A stretch of DNA of 32,000 nucleotides, taken from the NCBI RefSeq assembly GCF_000186885.1, contig NC_014972.1:60001-92000 (forward strand), written 5' to 3'. The DNA is from Desulfobulbus propionicus DSM 2032. GTDB lineage: Bacteria; Desulfobacterota; Desulfobulbia; Desulfobulbales; Desulfobulbaceae. The notes under the pieces were generated by a model. It did no database searches. It was not told where the DNA came from and saw nothing but the letters and a program-made list of their open reading frames with translations. A program made the translations under genes and the position numbers. Positions 1-9,017 of the stretch are shown piece after piece. Each line of letters opens with the position of its first letter. Positions within the stretch are counted from its first letter, which is position 1.

Positions 1-1
1 C

Positions 2-361
2 TGGGTGCGCGAGCACAGCGAGGCCACCAACACCTTTGACTTCGTGCCGTTCCGCCAAACCATCACCGCCGACTATGCGGATGATTCGGTTCAGGAGGTG
101 GTGTTGCACGACGAGTCGGTGATTCATCTGCACAAGCACCACGACGCACCGGACATCACCGACCGCCGTCAGGCCATCGACAATCTGGAGGATCACAAGG
201 TGCAGGGCGTGATCCTCACCGGCGTGCTCTACGTCAATCCGGACTCCATGGATACCCACGAGATTCTCAACACCAGTGCTCGGCCGCTCAACAGCCTGAT
301 CGAGGCGGACCTGTGTCCGGGAGGCGCGGCGCTGGAGGCCATCAATGCCGCTCATCGATAA
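2..361 (+). CDS. 2-oxoacid:ferredoxin oxidoreductase beta subunit, C-terminal fragment (5' end lies outside the window)
   Basis: The reading frame is open to the window edge. The tail ...ILTGVLYVNPDSMDTHEILNTSARPLNSL..LCPGGAALEAINAAHR matches my memory of the C-termini of OFOR/KorB-type beta subunits. No search was run. Confidence 0.6.
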   Translation, partial: WVREHSEATNTFDFVPFRQTITADYADDSVQEVVLHDESVIHLHKHHDAPDITDRRQAIDNLEDHKVQGVILTGVLYVNPDSMDTHEILNTSARPLNSLIEADLCPGGAALEAINAAHR

Positions 362-373
362 CCGCCCGATGCC

Positions 374-1228
374 ATGAACGATTACCTCTCCCTGACCGTG
401 GGTATTGCCTGCGCCGGCGTCGGCGGCGAACTGTTCGTCCGCGGCGCGGTCGGTCTCGCCCATTGGGCACGGATTCCACCGGGAATCATCGGCGCCGTGG
501 TGGCCGCGTTCGCCACCTCAAGCCCGGAGCTGTCCGTATCGATCAGTTCCGCCCTGGCGGGCAATCCGCAGATAGCCTTGGGCGACGCCCTGGGGAGCAA
601 TATCGTCAATATCGCCCTGCTGGTGCCCCTGCTGACCGGGCTGCTGTTTTTTGACGGACAGCTCTCGCGCCTGGACGGCCTGCTGATGCTTGTCCTGTTT
701 TTCTCCTGGCTGGCCCTGGCGATGATCGAGGCAAAGAAACAGCGCAGCGCCACCGACGAAATACTGGGGGAGCACCGGAAAGGGCTGGTTGTTGGGTCAT
801 CCGTGGCCGGTCTCGTCCTGCTTGTTCTCGCCGGGGATTTGATTGTCACCGGTGCCAAAGGGATCGCGCTTTCGTTTGGCATGGATTATTTTCTGGTCGG
901 GGTGACCATCGTGGCCATCGGCACCTCCGCGCCGGAGCTGGCCACGGCGGTGATCGCCAAGTTGCGCGGCCACGATGAAGTCGGCCTGGGCACCATCCTG
1001 GGCAGCAACATCTTCAACGGCCTGTTGATCGTCCCGGTGGCGGCCGTCATCGAGCCCATTGCCGTGGTTGCACGGCACGAGGTGGCGCTGTCGCTGGCGG
1101 CCGGTTTCATGGCGGTGCTGCTTCCCTATCCGACACGCACCGGCTATATTCAACGGTCGCGCGGAGTGCTGCTCCTGCTGTTTTATGGGGGATACGTGTA
1201 CACCCTTCTCGCGTTGCGGGGCACCTGA
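374..1228 (+). CDS. CaCA-family (Na+/Ca2+ exchanger-like, YrbG-type) cation antiporter
   Basis: 284 aa polytopic membrane protein. It carries the two alpha-repeat signatures ATSSPEL...GDALGSNIVNIALL and GTSAPELATA...GTILGSNIFNGLLIV. Confidence 0.8.
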   Translation: MNDYLSLTVGIACAGVGGELFVRGAVGLAHWARIPPGIIGAVVAAFATSSPELSVSISSALAGNPQIALGDALGSNIVNIALLVPLLTGLLFFDGQLSRLDGLLMLVLFFSWLALAMIEAKKQRSATDEILGEHRKGLVVGSSVAGLVLLVLAGDLIVTGAKGIALSFGMDYFLVGVTIVAIGTSAPELATAVIAKLRGHDEVGLGTILGSNIFNGLLIVPVAAVIEPIAVVARHEVALSLAAGFMAVLLPYPTRTGYIQRSRGVLLLLFYGGYVYTLLALRGT

Positions 1229-1305
1229 ATCGATCACCGTGTTCGTGTATCCCGAGCAGCGATGCCCCGCGCTGTTCGTCGTTAATCTTTTACTTTCAGC
1301 TTGCC

Positions 1306-2448
1306 ATGATCACCTTGCCGAGAACCCATCGATTGCCTGCCGAGGCCCCGTCACGTTGTCCTGTTCGCCTGCGCCCCCTGCTTCTCGGGTCCGCGGTGCT
1401 GCTCGCCGCCGGTTTGACCGCGTGCAGCTCGCCGCCGATGCGCGTCGAGCAGACTGCCGGCCGTCCTGTTCAGTCGTCCAAGACATTTCGCGCCTGCGTC
1501 GGCTCCTACCATGCCACGCAACTGACCGGCGATTATGCCCAGTACGCCCGGCTGGAGCAGTTCATCAACCAGATGGTGGACACGCACGGCTTTGAACGCG
1601 AATACCTGCTGGGCCTGTTTTCCCAGGCCAAGCGGAAAAACTGGACCCTCAACTATCTCGCCAAGTCGGACCAGGGATTGAAAGGCAGGCCCGCCGCGGG
1701 CGGGTGGAGCCGCTACCGGGCCAAGTTCCTCGACGAGCGCCACATTGGCGCCGGGGTTGACTTCGCCCGCCGCCACCGCGCCGCCCTGCAACGCGCTACC
1801 CGGCAGTATGGCGTACCGCAGGAGTACATTCTCGGCATCCTGGCGGTGGAAACCACGTTCGGCGGTTTTGTCGGCAACCACCGGGTGCTCGACGCCCTGA
1901 CCACCCTGGGTTTCGATTACGCCCGGCGCGGCGACTATTTTCGCGGCGAACTGGAAAGCTATCTGCTGATGGCCCGGGAGGAAGGCATCGACCCGGCCCG
2001 GCCGGTGGGGTCGTTTGCCGGGGCCATGGGATTGGGGCAGTTCATGCCCAGCAGTTTCCGCAAGTGGGCGGTCGATTTCAACGGCGATGGCCGGCGGGAT
2101 CTGTGGAATGCGGAAGACGCCATCGGCAGCGTGGCCAACTACTTTGCCCAGCACGGCTGGCAAGCAGGACAACCAGTGGCCACGCCCCTGCGAACCAATG
2201 GATCGATCAGTCTGGAACCAGGTTTGGACAACAGCTATTCGCTCTCCTCGCTGCAGCAGGCTGGCTTGCAGCCGGTCGGCGCCGGCAGTTGCGAGGGAGA
2301 GTTGCGTTTGTTGCTGCTCCGCCACCAGGGCCATGATCAGTACCTGATTGGCCATCCCAACTTTTACACCATCACCCGCTACAACCACAGCACCTACTAT
2401 GCCATGGCGGTCCACGAGCTGGCGCAGGAGATCAGTCGTCGGCTGTAG
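1306..2448 (+). CDS. mltB: lytic murein transglycosylase B (lipoprotein)
   Basis: Lipobox LAAGLTAC near the N-terminus. Catalytic-Glu block LGILAVETTFGG. The MltB hallmark GAMGLGQFMPSSFRKWAVDFNGDGRRDLWN is present. Confidence 0.85.
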   Translation: MITLPRTHRLPAEAPSRCPVRLRPLLLGSAVLLAAGLTACSSPPMRVEQTAGRPVQSSKTFRACVGSYHATQLTGDYAQYARLEQFINQMVDTHGFEREYLLGLFSQAKRKNWTLNYLAKSDQGLKGRPAAGGWSRYRAKFLDERHIGAGVDFARRHRAALQRATRQYGVPQEYILGILAVETTFGGFVGNHRVLDALTTLGFDYARRGDYFRGELESYLLMAREEGIDPARPVGSFAGAMGLGQFMPSSFRKWAVDFNGDGRRDLWNAEDAIGSVANYFAQHGWQAGQPVATPLRTNGSISLEPGLDNSYSLSSLQQAGLQPVGAGSCEGELRLLLLRHQGHDQYLIGHPNFYTITRYNHSTYYAMAVHELAQEISRRL

Positions 2449-2480
2449 CGACGGGCTGGCGGTACCCGGCGCGGTCAACC

Positions 2481-2518
2481 CACGGCGTATCGATCGACTC
2501 GATACGCCGTGTTTGTTT
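2481..2518 (+). terminator. rho-independent terminator downstream of mltB
   Basis: Perfect 13-bp stem: cacggcgtatcga (2481-2493) pairs with tcgatacgccgtg (2499-2511). The loop is 5 nt and is followed by tttgttt. Confidence 0.6.
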
Positions 2519-2520
2519 GC

Positions 2521-3624
2521 TCACAGGAGGTGCGGCGCCAGAACCCGCAGGTACTCGGACACGGCCCGTTCAACGGTAAATCTGCTGGCGCGGATGGTCA
2601 CGTCCGGATGCTGCTGGCTATCGAGAACAGTGATCATGGCACGGGCCAGACGCTCGTGATCGCCCACCGGCATCAGATGGCCCCAGCGCCCTTTTTCCAG
2701 AATCTCCGCAGGACCGCTTGGACAATCGGTGCTGACGATCGGAGCTCCGCAGGCCATTGCTTCGATGAGCACGTTCGGCAATCCTTCCCAGGCGGAAGAA
2801 AGCACGAACAGGGAACAGGCGCGCATCCACGGAAAGGGATTGTCGACGAATCCAGGGAGGAGGACGTCGTCAGTCAACCCCAGTTGGGCAATGCGTTGTT
2901 CGAGCGCGCCGCGCAGCTCGCCCTCGCCAAGGATGACGAGGCGTGCCGACCGTTGCTGGCGGAGACTGGCAAAGGCTTGGATCAGAGTGGGATAATCCTT
3001 GGCGGCGGCCAATCGGCCAATGGCCAGCACCACCGGAGGTTGATCGTGCGCCAGCCAGGGATGGGAAAGCGGTTTGTGACTGAGGGCCAGCAACTTGTCG
3101 CTGACCACCGGATTGTAGATGACGTGGATACGTTCGCGCGGCAGCTTGATGGCATGCGCCAGATCATTCGCCACGCCCTCTGATACCGCGATAACCCTGT
3201 CGGCAGAGCGGTAGTGCAGCCGCATCAGGATCGGCAGTACTTTGGTTCGGCCGAGTCGAGTGTTTGCCTGGGCAACGGAGAGGGTGTTGCGTACCGACAC
3301 CGCGACCCGAGTGGAAACCCGGGCCATGGTCCGGGCCCAGAGGGCAACGATATTGGCATGGTCGAGCGCGGACAGCAGGGCGTATGGCCGCTCCTGGCGG
3401 AGATAGCCAGCCAGCGGCCGTAAACTGGCAACAACCCGGGAGGCCTGGAGGTCGACCACCCGCACCGCTGGATCGATCATGCCGATATAAGCGCCTTCAG
3501 CCTTGGCCAAAACCAGATCAACCGCAAGCCCGCGGGCCGCGATGCCGTTGGCCAGAATGCTCATGGCCCGCTCGGCGCCGCCGCCGCGCAGCGAAGGCAG
3601 GAACAGGGCGATACGTTGATCCAT
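2521..3624 (-). CDS. GT4-family (group 1) glycosyltransferase
   Basis: N-terminal LFLPSLRGGGAERA motif. C-terminal EX7E block SSAWEGLPNVLIEAMACGAPIVSTD. ATG at 3624; an alternative TTG at 3633 would overlap the upstream stop codon. Confidence 0.85.
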   Translation of the reverse strand: MDQRIALFLPSLRGGGAERAMSILANGIAARGLAVDLVLAKAEGAYIGMIDPAVRVVDLQASRVVASLRPLAGYLRQERPYALLSALDHANIVALWARTMARVSTRVAVSVRNTLSVAQANTRLGRTKVLPILMRLHYRSADRVIAVSEGVANDLAHAIKLPRERIHVIYNPVVSDKLLALSHKPLSHPWLAHDQPPVVLAIGRLAAAKDYPTLIQAFASLRQQRSARLVILGEGELRGALEQRIAQLGLTDDVLLPGFVDNPFPWMRACSLFVLSSAWEGLPNVLIEAMACGAPIVSTDCPSGPAEILEKGRWGHLMPVGDHERLARAMITVLDSQQHPDVTIRASRFTVERAVSEYLRVLAPHLL

Positions 3625-3629
3625 CGGCT

Positions 3630-4511
3630 TCAAGGTGACACCCAGTGGGAAAGATCCCGCTTGAGAACTTCGCTCAGCAACAGAATATCTTCCCGGAAAT
3701 ACTCTTTGAGGGTGTGGCGCATCTCATCGCTCAGGGGGGCTCTTGACCGGTACTTCACATTCCGCCGACTCAAGGAACTCAATATTCCCCAGGTGCGACC
3801 CGTGCCAAAGATTCGCCTGGTGTGGCCAAGTAACTGGATGATGCGATGCAGGAGCATCGATTGTCGCTCTTTGGCTGGATTTTTTGCCGGAAAATCTGAA
3901 CGTCCGTCATCTTCTACCTGTAAAAACTGGAGAACGCGCTGGTACGAACTCTGGGGGTCAGCTTTGACATCATCAAGCAAAACCGGCAATACGCGGTCGT
4001 CAGCTATCTGTGTGTAGAGGCGGGCCATCTGCGCGCCGAGTTTGCAGACATCGCCGTATGCGAGTAGCCGCGGTTCCCGGCACCAGAGCGAGACGTGCTC
4101 GCCTCGCGACCTGGCCTCACTCAGCAACCAAGCATGTTCAAAATCGCGAATATGTTCATTCCCATTAAAAATCTGCTGTTCATGAAAAGAATACGCCATT
4201 TCGACAGGGTTGCGTAAGCAAACGATATATCGAGAATTTGGCGAATAATGCTCTATGTTCCGTACAGCGTCCCTTGAGTAGAGATACCCTGTCGAAGCCT
4301 CTCCTACGGCCACATGGGCTGAGGTTGCCTGGTGAAACAACCGCTCATAACTCTTTCTTTCTTTGATAATAATGTGATTCTGGTCCGTGTTGAAATGATG
4401 CGGCTCTTTTCGGGGCGACATGTATATCTGAGGATGTTCAGACAGCCATGCGACCAGTGACGTGGTGCCGCATTTCGGGGCCCCCACAATAAAGAAATTA
4501 GGTTTTTTCAT
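3630..4511 (-). CDS. PAPS-dependent sulfotransferase family protein
   Basis: 5'-PSB loop FIVGAPKCGTTSL. 3'-PB-like block YIVCLRNPVEMAYSFH. The stop codon lies 5 nt before the GT4 ATG, so the two genes are tightly coupled. G+C is visibly lower than in the flanking core genes. Confidence 0.8.
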   Translation of the reverse strand: MKKPNFFIVGAPKCGTTSLVAWLSEHPQIYMSPRKEPHHFNTDQNHIIIKERKSYERLFHQATSAHVAVGEASTGYLYSRDAVRNIEHYSPNSRYIVCLRNPVEMAYSFHEQQIFNGNEHIRDFEHAWLLSEARSRGEHVSLWCREPRLLAYGDVCKLGAQMARLYTQIADDRVLPVLLDDVKADPQSSYQRVLQFLQVEDDGRSDFPAKNPAKERQSMLLHRIIQLLGHTRRIFGTGRTWGILSSLSRRNVKYRSRAPLSDEMRHTLKEYFREDILLLSEVLKRDLSHWVSP

Positions 4512-4580
4512 ATTGATTCAGTCACGCCTGGTTCGTTGCTGGCTGTTTATTGCCGAACAATATCCAATGGTTTGCAAACG

Positions 4581-4913
4581 TCATATTTCTCGGTACGCCT
4601 CTGCGGTGGAACAGGGGGCGTCTGGAATGATAGTATTTTTTATTTTGTGAACAATCATTTCTGCATATTTATCTTTGTCATAATGATGGTCATTTGGATT
4701 TGGATTCAGCAAGCTGTCGTGCACGAGCCCTTTTTCATTGAGTGATTCCTTGTCAAAGGATAGATATACTATATCGGTTTTGTTGCAAAAATCTTCCATT
4801 ATGTTGTTGAATTGAACAGTTATTTTCGTTCTTTGCCACTGGGTTGCCTTGACGTCTTTTCGTGCATTGGCTATTTCTCCCCAGTCTTGTTCGTCTTTTG
4901 GGTTTCTTGAAAA
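4581..4913 (-). pseudogene. C-terminal fragment of an SGNH/GDSL-like hydrolase gene disrupted by the IS
   Basis: The frame is open from 4913 down to the stop at 4581 and has no credible start codon. It contains a block V-like D-x-x-H region (NPNPNDHHYDKDKY). The region is very AT-rich, like the 6199-6675 fragment. Confidence 0.5.
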
Positions 4914-4916
4914 TTA

Positions 4917-6195
4917 AATGCAGTAGCCTGCGACAAGTTTAACTATCAAATTGTTGATTTTGTGTAAATATGTTACATTCTTCATCGTTTTAAGGCCGCA
5001 TCCGCCAACCATCACCCGATGGAGATCAGCCATGATCCAGCCCGGCTTTTTTGATTTGCAGGACCGATTGCACAAAATCGACAAGAACGGCGACCCACTT
5101 GCCAAGATCAACGAGACGGTCAACTGGGAGATGTTTCGTCCTGCGCTCGAAAAGGCCAGGGACAAGGGCCGGCAGTCTACGGTCGGGCCGAAGGGGTACG
5201 ACGTCATCCTGCTGTTTAAGATTCTCATCCTGCAGTCGTTGTACAATCTGTCGGATGACGCGACCGAGTTTCAGATTCTCGACCGGCACTCCTTTGGGCG
5301 CTTTCTTGGTCTGCACATCAGCCAGAAGGTTCCCGATGCCACCACCATCTGGCGTTTTCGGGAAGACCTCGTCAAGGCCGGCATTGTAGAGGAACTGTTT
5401 GCGACCTTCGATGCGCATCTCCGGGACAACGGCTTCATGGCGATGAAAGGGCAGATCGTGGATGCCAGCATTGTCAGCGTGCCCAAACAGCGGAACAGCC
5501 GGGAGGAAAATGCCCGGATCAAAGAGGGCGACATCCCGGAGAACTGGTCCGAGAACAAGCGGCGTAGAAAAGACGCGGACGCGCGCTGGACCAAGAAGAA
5601 CGGCAAGTCTTATTACGGCTACAAGAACCACATCTCGGTGGATGTGAAGCACAAGTTGATTCGCAGCTATGCCGTGACCGATGCGGCCCTGCACGACAGC
5701 AACGTGTTCGAGCAACTCCTTGCCGACAATACGAGCAAGGACGTCTGGGCGGATTCGGCCTATCGATCCGCGGATCGATTGGAGCGCCTCGGCCAGGATG
5801 GTTTTCGTGAACACATCCAACGCAAGGGGAGCCGCAATCGTCCCTTGACGCCCAGAGAACAGGAGGGCAACCGAACCAGATCCAAGGTCCGTTCGCGAAT
5901 CGAGCATGTCTTTGGTGTACAGGCGCAGCGAGCGGGGAATGTACTGTTGCGCACGATCGGCATAGCCCGAGCCCGAGCAAAGATCGGCTTGCGCAACTTG
6001 GTGTATAACATTGACCGAATGGGGATGCTTCTGGCTGCAAGCAGGTGAAGTGTGCCCGGAGTGCGGCAAACTGGCAAAAGACCGCCATCGAGCACAGAGC
6101 GAGGCACCGCCAAGGTGCAAAACCGATCGGATTAAAAGCCAGAAGAGCATGGTCTTTGTGAATAAAATTGTCGGTGAATGGTGCCGGGGCTTGCT
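4917..6195 (+). mobile_element. IS5-family insertion sequence (boundaries approximate)
   Basis: Single DDE transposase ORF. Size of about 1.28 kb is typical of the IS5 group. The sequence TAAAT occurs at both junctions (4916-4920 and 6200-6204). Imperfect subterminal inverted repeats are present: cgacaagtttaactatcaaa on the left, and cgacaattttattcacaaa as the reverse complement on the right. G+C rises abruptly relative to the AT-rich flanks on the right side. Confidence 0.7.
5032..6048 (+). CDS. IS5-family DDE transposase
   Basis: Collinear by eye with IS5 InsH-type transposases. Matching blocks include YNLSDDATEFQILDRHSFGRFLGL, PDATTIWRFRE, VDASIV, GYKNHISVD, ADSAYRS and the C-terminal RSRIEHVFG. 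GGAG Shine-Dalgarno sequence precedes the ATG at 5032. Confidence 0.9.
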   Translation: MIQPGFFDLQDRLHKIDKNGDPLAKINETVNWEMFRPALEKARDKGRQSTVGPKGYDVILLFKILILQSLYNLSDDATEFQILDRHSFGRFLGLHISQKVPDATTIWRFREDLVKAGIVEELFATFDAHLRDNGFMAMKGQIVDASIVSVPKQRNSREENARIKEGDIPENWSENKRRRKDADARWTKKNGKSYYGYKNHISVDVKHKLIRSYAVTDAALHDSNVFEQLLADNTSKDVWADSAYRSADRLERLGQDGFREHIQRKGSRNRPLTPREQEGNRTRSKVRSRIEHVFGVQAQRAGNVLLRTIGIARARAKIGLRNLVYNIDRMGMLLAASR

Positions 6196-6198
6196 AAG

Positions 6199-6675
6199 CT
6201 AAATTTCAAGATTCCCTTTTATTGTTGGCAGGGGGGTGCTTATGCATATAACTCTGTGAGTTGATGATAGTTGCTGTAAAAAATCTTTGTAATTTTGTAC
6301 AGCCATATCTAGCATATCCGATACATTTGTTTTGTATTTTTCTGATTTGTGCCAAATAACAAATCCGGTGTCCACTTCTCCAAGTAATACTATTATTGTC
6401 CTTGCCTTGGATTTTTTTATTTCTTTTCTGAAAGTTGCCAAGGCTTGTGTTTTTGAATTTGGATTTTCAAGACCTGATATGGTTGCGCCTCCAACTGCTA
6501 TGACGTTAAAAAAGTGGTTTTTGAATTGCTCCTCAATATGTTTATTTTTGAATACATTTGCATGGGAATCACCCAGGACAAGAATTTCCTCGTGTTCGTG
6601 TATTAACGATCTGTATTTTTGAAAAATTTTTCTGACCTTATTTTTTACAAACAGCTCAATGTTGAGAGTGATCAT
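6199..6675 (-). pseudogene. N-terminal fragment of the SGNH/GDSL-like hydrolase gene (truncated at the IS junction)
   Basis: Block I is LVLGDSHAN (the GDSH serine motif). Block II-like is AVGGATISG. Block III-like is VLLGEVDTG. The ORF ends at a TAG created exactly at the IS junction. One 60-nt line hand-counted at about 35% G+C. Confidence 0.6.
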
Positions 6676-6802
6676 GTGGAAATGTTATAGATTGTTGAAC
6701 CGAGCGCCCTACTCTCAAAGGCGAATGAAAGTAGGGTCACCTGAAGAGCACGGCACGCGTCCGGCGTGGAAGTGATTTCGTTGAGGCCACGTCTCTGCGT
6801 GT

Positions 6803-6815
6803 CCCCCGGGGGGGG
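6803..6815. repeat. C5G8 homopolymeric, self-complementary tract
   Basis: cccccgggggggg is read directly at 6803-6815. It lies between the stop of the 6854-7564 gene and the start (6675) of the AT-rich operon. Confidence 0.9.
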
Positions 6816-6853
6816 GTTGCACAACAAGACAAAACAGCAACCCAACCGAGCGA

Positions 6854-7564
6854 TTACTCTTTCAGCTCGATCCGCAGATGTCCCTCGCGGACCTCGATGG
6901 CCGCGACGCCGTCGGCAAAGCCTTTCCAGAATCCCGGTTCCGCGCCGAACACCTCGATCAGATCGATATTTTTCAGGCCGCCCAGCCAGGCATTGGGCAG
7001 GGGCACGCCCATCACCGAGATGCCGCGTAGAATAACCACCGGGCGATCGTTGCGAAAGGCCAGTTCCGCCCCGCCCCGGACCTTGAGCACCTTGCCGCCC
7101 ATGATCGGGAAATCGGGGTCCACCGGGATGAGCAATTTGACACTGACCAGATTGTCCGAGAAATCAACCGCCATGCGCGTGGCCAGCTCGGAGTTGTGGG
7201 CGATCATCGCGTTCACCTCCCGTTCACTGAGGCGAATCTCGCGGGAGGCCCCCTCCTCGCTGTACGGCTCGGGCGTCAAATCCTCCTCGCTCACCACCGG
7301 CCCTTGTGGTCCGGACGATGTGCGGCCCGTTTCACCGCCAAATCGGTCGAGTCGCTCCAGTTTGCGTTCCAGCCGTTGTTCTTCCGCCTGGCTCAGAACC
7401 ACCGGCTTGAAGGGACGGGGGAACAGCCAGTGCGTGATGATGAGCACGGTGGCCACCATGGTGAAAAGCATGGCGACGATCACAATGGTGACCACTTTTG
7501 CCGTGGACGGCCCGGTCTTTTGTTGCGGTGTTTCCATGGGGCACTCTCTTTGCATTGGACACAT
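6854..7564 (-). CDS. hypothetical single-pass membrane-anchored protein
   Basis: One N-terminal TM helix (VVTIVIVAMLFTMVATVLIITHWLF), then a charged linker and a roughly 130-aa C-terminal domain. No family was recognised. Alternative starts at 7555 and 7537. Confidence 0.6.
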   Translation of the reverse strand: MCPMQRECPMETPQQKTGPSTAKVVTIVIVAMLFTMVATVLIITHWLFPRPFKPVVLSQAEEQRLERKLERLDRFGGETGRTSSGPQGPVVSEEDLTPEPYSEEGASREIRLSEREVNAMIAHNSELATRMAVDFSDNLVSVKLLIPVDPDFPIMGGKVLKVRGGAELAFRNDRPVVILRGISVMGVPLPNAWLGGLKNIDLIEVFGAEPGFWKGFADGVAAIEVREGHLRIELKE

Positions 7565-7754
7565 GTTCCCCTTCTATACGCGACCTGCCCTCCGCTGTCA
7601 AACAGAGGACGGCGGAGAAGCCGCCCAGAAGGGGCAACGTACAAAAAAACAGCGTGATAGCTGCTGATCTTCATTATTGGCTTGCGCCCTCCTGAAATCT
7701 CCTGTATGTGCATCGGACCCTTGCCGACACGGACCCTTTACCCATGGATTGCCG

Positions 7755-9017
7755 ATGGCCCTCAACGGATATCTCCTGTTCATTGTGAGCATTCTCGTGC
7801 TCGGCTACCTGCTCGAGCTGACGGTGGCCCTGCTCAACCTCCGCTCGCTCAGCCCCCGGCTGCCGGCCGAGTTTGCCGGAGTCTACGACGCCGTGCAGTA
7901 TGCCCGCTCCCAGGAATACACCCGGGCGACCACCCGTTTTTCTCTGGTGCGGGCAACGGTCAGTCTGATCCTGACCCTCCTGTTCATCCTGGCGGGCGGG
8001 TTCAATGGTGTCGATCTCCTGGCCCGCGGCTTCGGTTTGCCGTCAATTCCCACCGGTCTGCTGTTTACCGGCCTGCTCGCTCTGCTCTCAGCCGTCCTCA
8101 GCCTGCCCTTTTCCGTGTATTCGACCTTTGTCATCGAACAACGGTTCGGCTTCAACACCACCACGCCGGCGACCTTTGTGCTTGACCTGTTCAAGGGGCT
8201 GGGGTTGGCGGTGGCGCTCGGCGGGCCGCTGCTGGCGGTCATTTTTTGGTTGTTCGAGGCCAGCGGTCCCCGAGCCTGGCTCTATTGCTGGGCCGCCTCG
8301 GTGGCCTTTGTCCTGGTGGTCCAAGTTCTCGCGCCCGTGGTAATCTTGCCGCTGTTCAACAAATTTGCCCCATTGGCCGAGGGTGAGCTGAAAGAGGCCA
8401 TCACTCGCTATGCGGCTTCGCAGCGGTTCGCTCTCCAGGGCATCCACACCATGGACGGTTCCAAGCGATCCACCCGGGCCAATGCCTTTTTCACCGGCTT
8501 TGGCCGTTTCCGCCGCATCGTCTTCTTCGATACCCTGATGGACAAGCTTTCGACAGCCGAAATCGTGGCCGTGCTCGCCCACGAGATGGGCCACTACAAA
8601 CTCAAGCACATCCCGGTGATGCTGGCGCTCTCCATTCTGCAGATGGGCTTGCTGTTTTTTATTTTGTCCCTGTTTCTCAATAATCAGGGGTTGTTTGCCG
8701 CCTTTGGCATGGAGCATGTCTCGGTGTATGCCTCGCTGGTTTTCTTCGGCTTTCTGTATGCGCCGATCTCCACCCTGATGGCCATCGGTTTCAATATCGT
8801 TTCCCGGCAGAACGAATACCAGGCCGACCGCTTTGCCGCCCGGACCCTGGACCATGGCGCGGAATCATTGATCAGCGGCTTGAAAAAACTCAGTGTCAGC
8901 AACCTCTCCAACCTCACGCCGCATCCGCTGCACGTCATGCTCAACTCCAGTCATCCACCGGTCCTGGCCCGGATAGAGGCCCTGCGGCGGCTGCAAACAG
9001 GTCAAGTCGATGGCTGA
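7755..9017 (+). CDS. M48-family zinc metalloprotease (Ste24/CAAX-protease-like, multi-TM)
   Basis: Several N-terminal TM helices. HEMGHYKLKH zinc motif. Downstream NEYQADRFA glutamate block and C-terminal HPPVLARIEAL. Start taken at MALNGYLL (ATG 7755). Confidence 0.85.
   Translation: MALNGYLLFIVSILVLGYLLELTVALLNLRSLSPRLPAEFAGVYDAVQYARSQEYTRATTRFSLVRATVSLILTLLFILAGGFNGVDLLARGFGLPSIPTGLLFTGLLALLSAVLSLPFSVYSTFVIEQRFGFNTTTPATFVLDLFKGLGLAVALGGPLLAVIFWLFEASGPRAWLYCWAASVAFVLVVQVLAPVVILPLFNKFAPLAEGELKEAITRYAASQRFALQGIHTMDGSKRSTRANAFFTGFGRFRRIVFFDTLMDKLSTAEIVAVLAHEMGHYKLKHIPVMLALSILQMGLLFFILSLFLNNQGLFAAFGMEHVSVYASLVFFGFLYAPISTLMAIGFNIVSRQNEYQADRFAARTLDHGAESLISGLKKLSVSNLSNLTPHPLHVMLNSSHPPVLARIEALRRLQTGQVDG

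Noticed and set aside
4921-4945. Attempt to define clean terminal inverted repeats for the IS (left gcagtagcctgcgacaag versus the right reverse complement gcttagcaagccccggcac).
   Set aside because: Only the subterminal cgacaa(g/t)ttta... segments align convincingly. The outermost bases do not form a convincing IR by eye, so the exact ends and TSD length are left unresolved rather than asserted.
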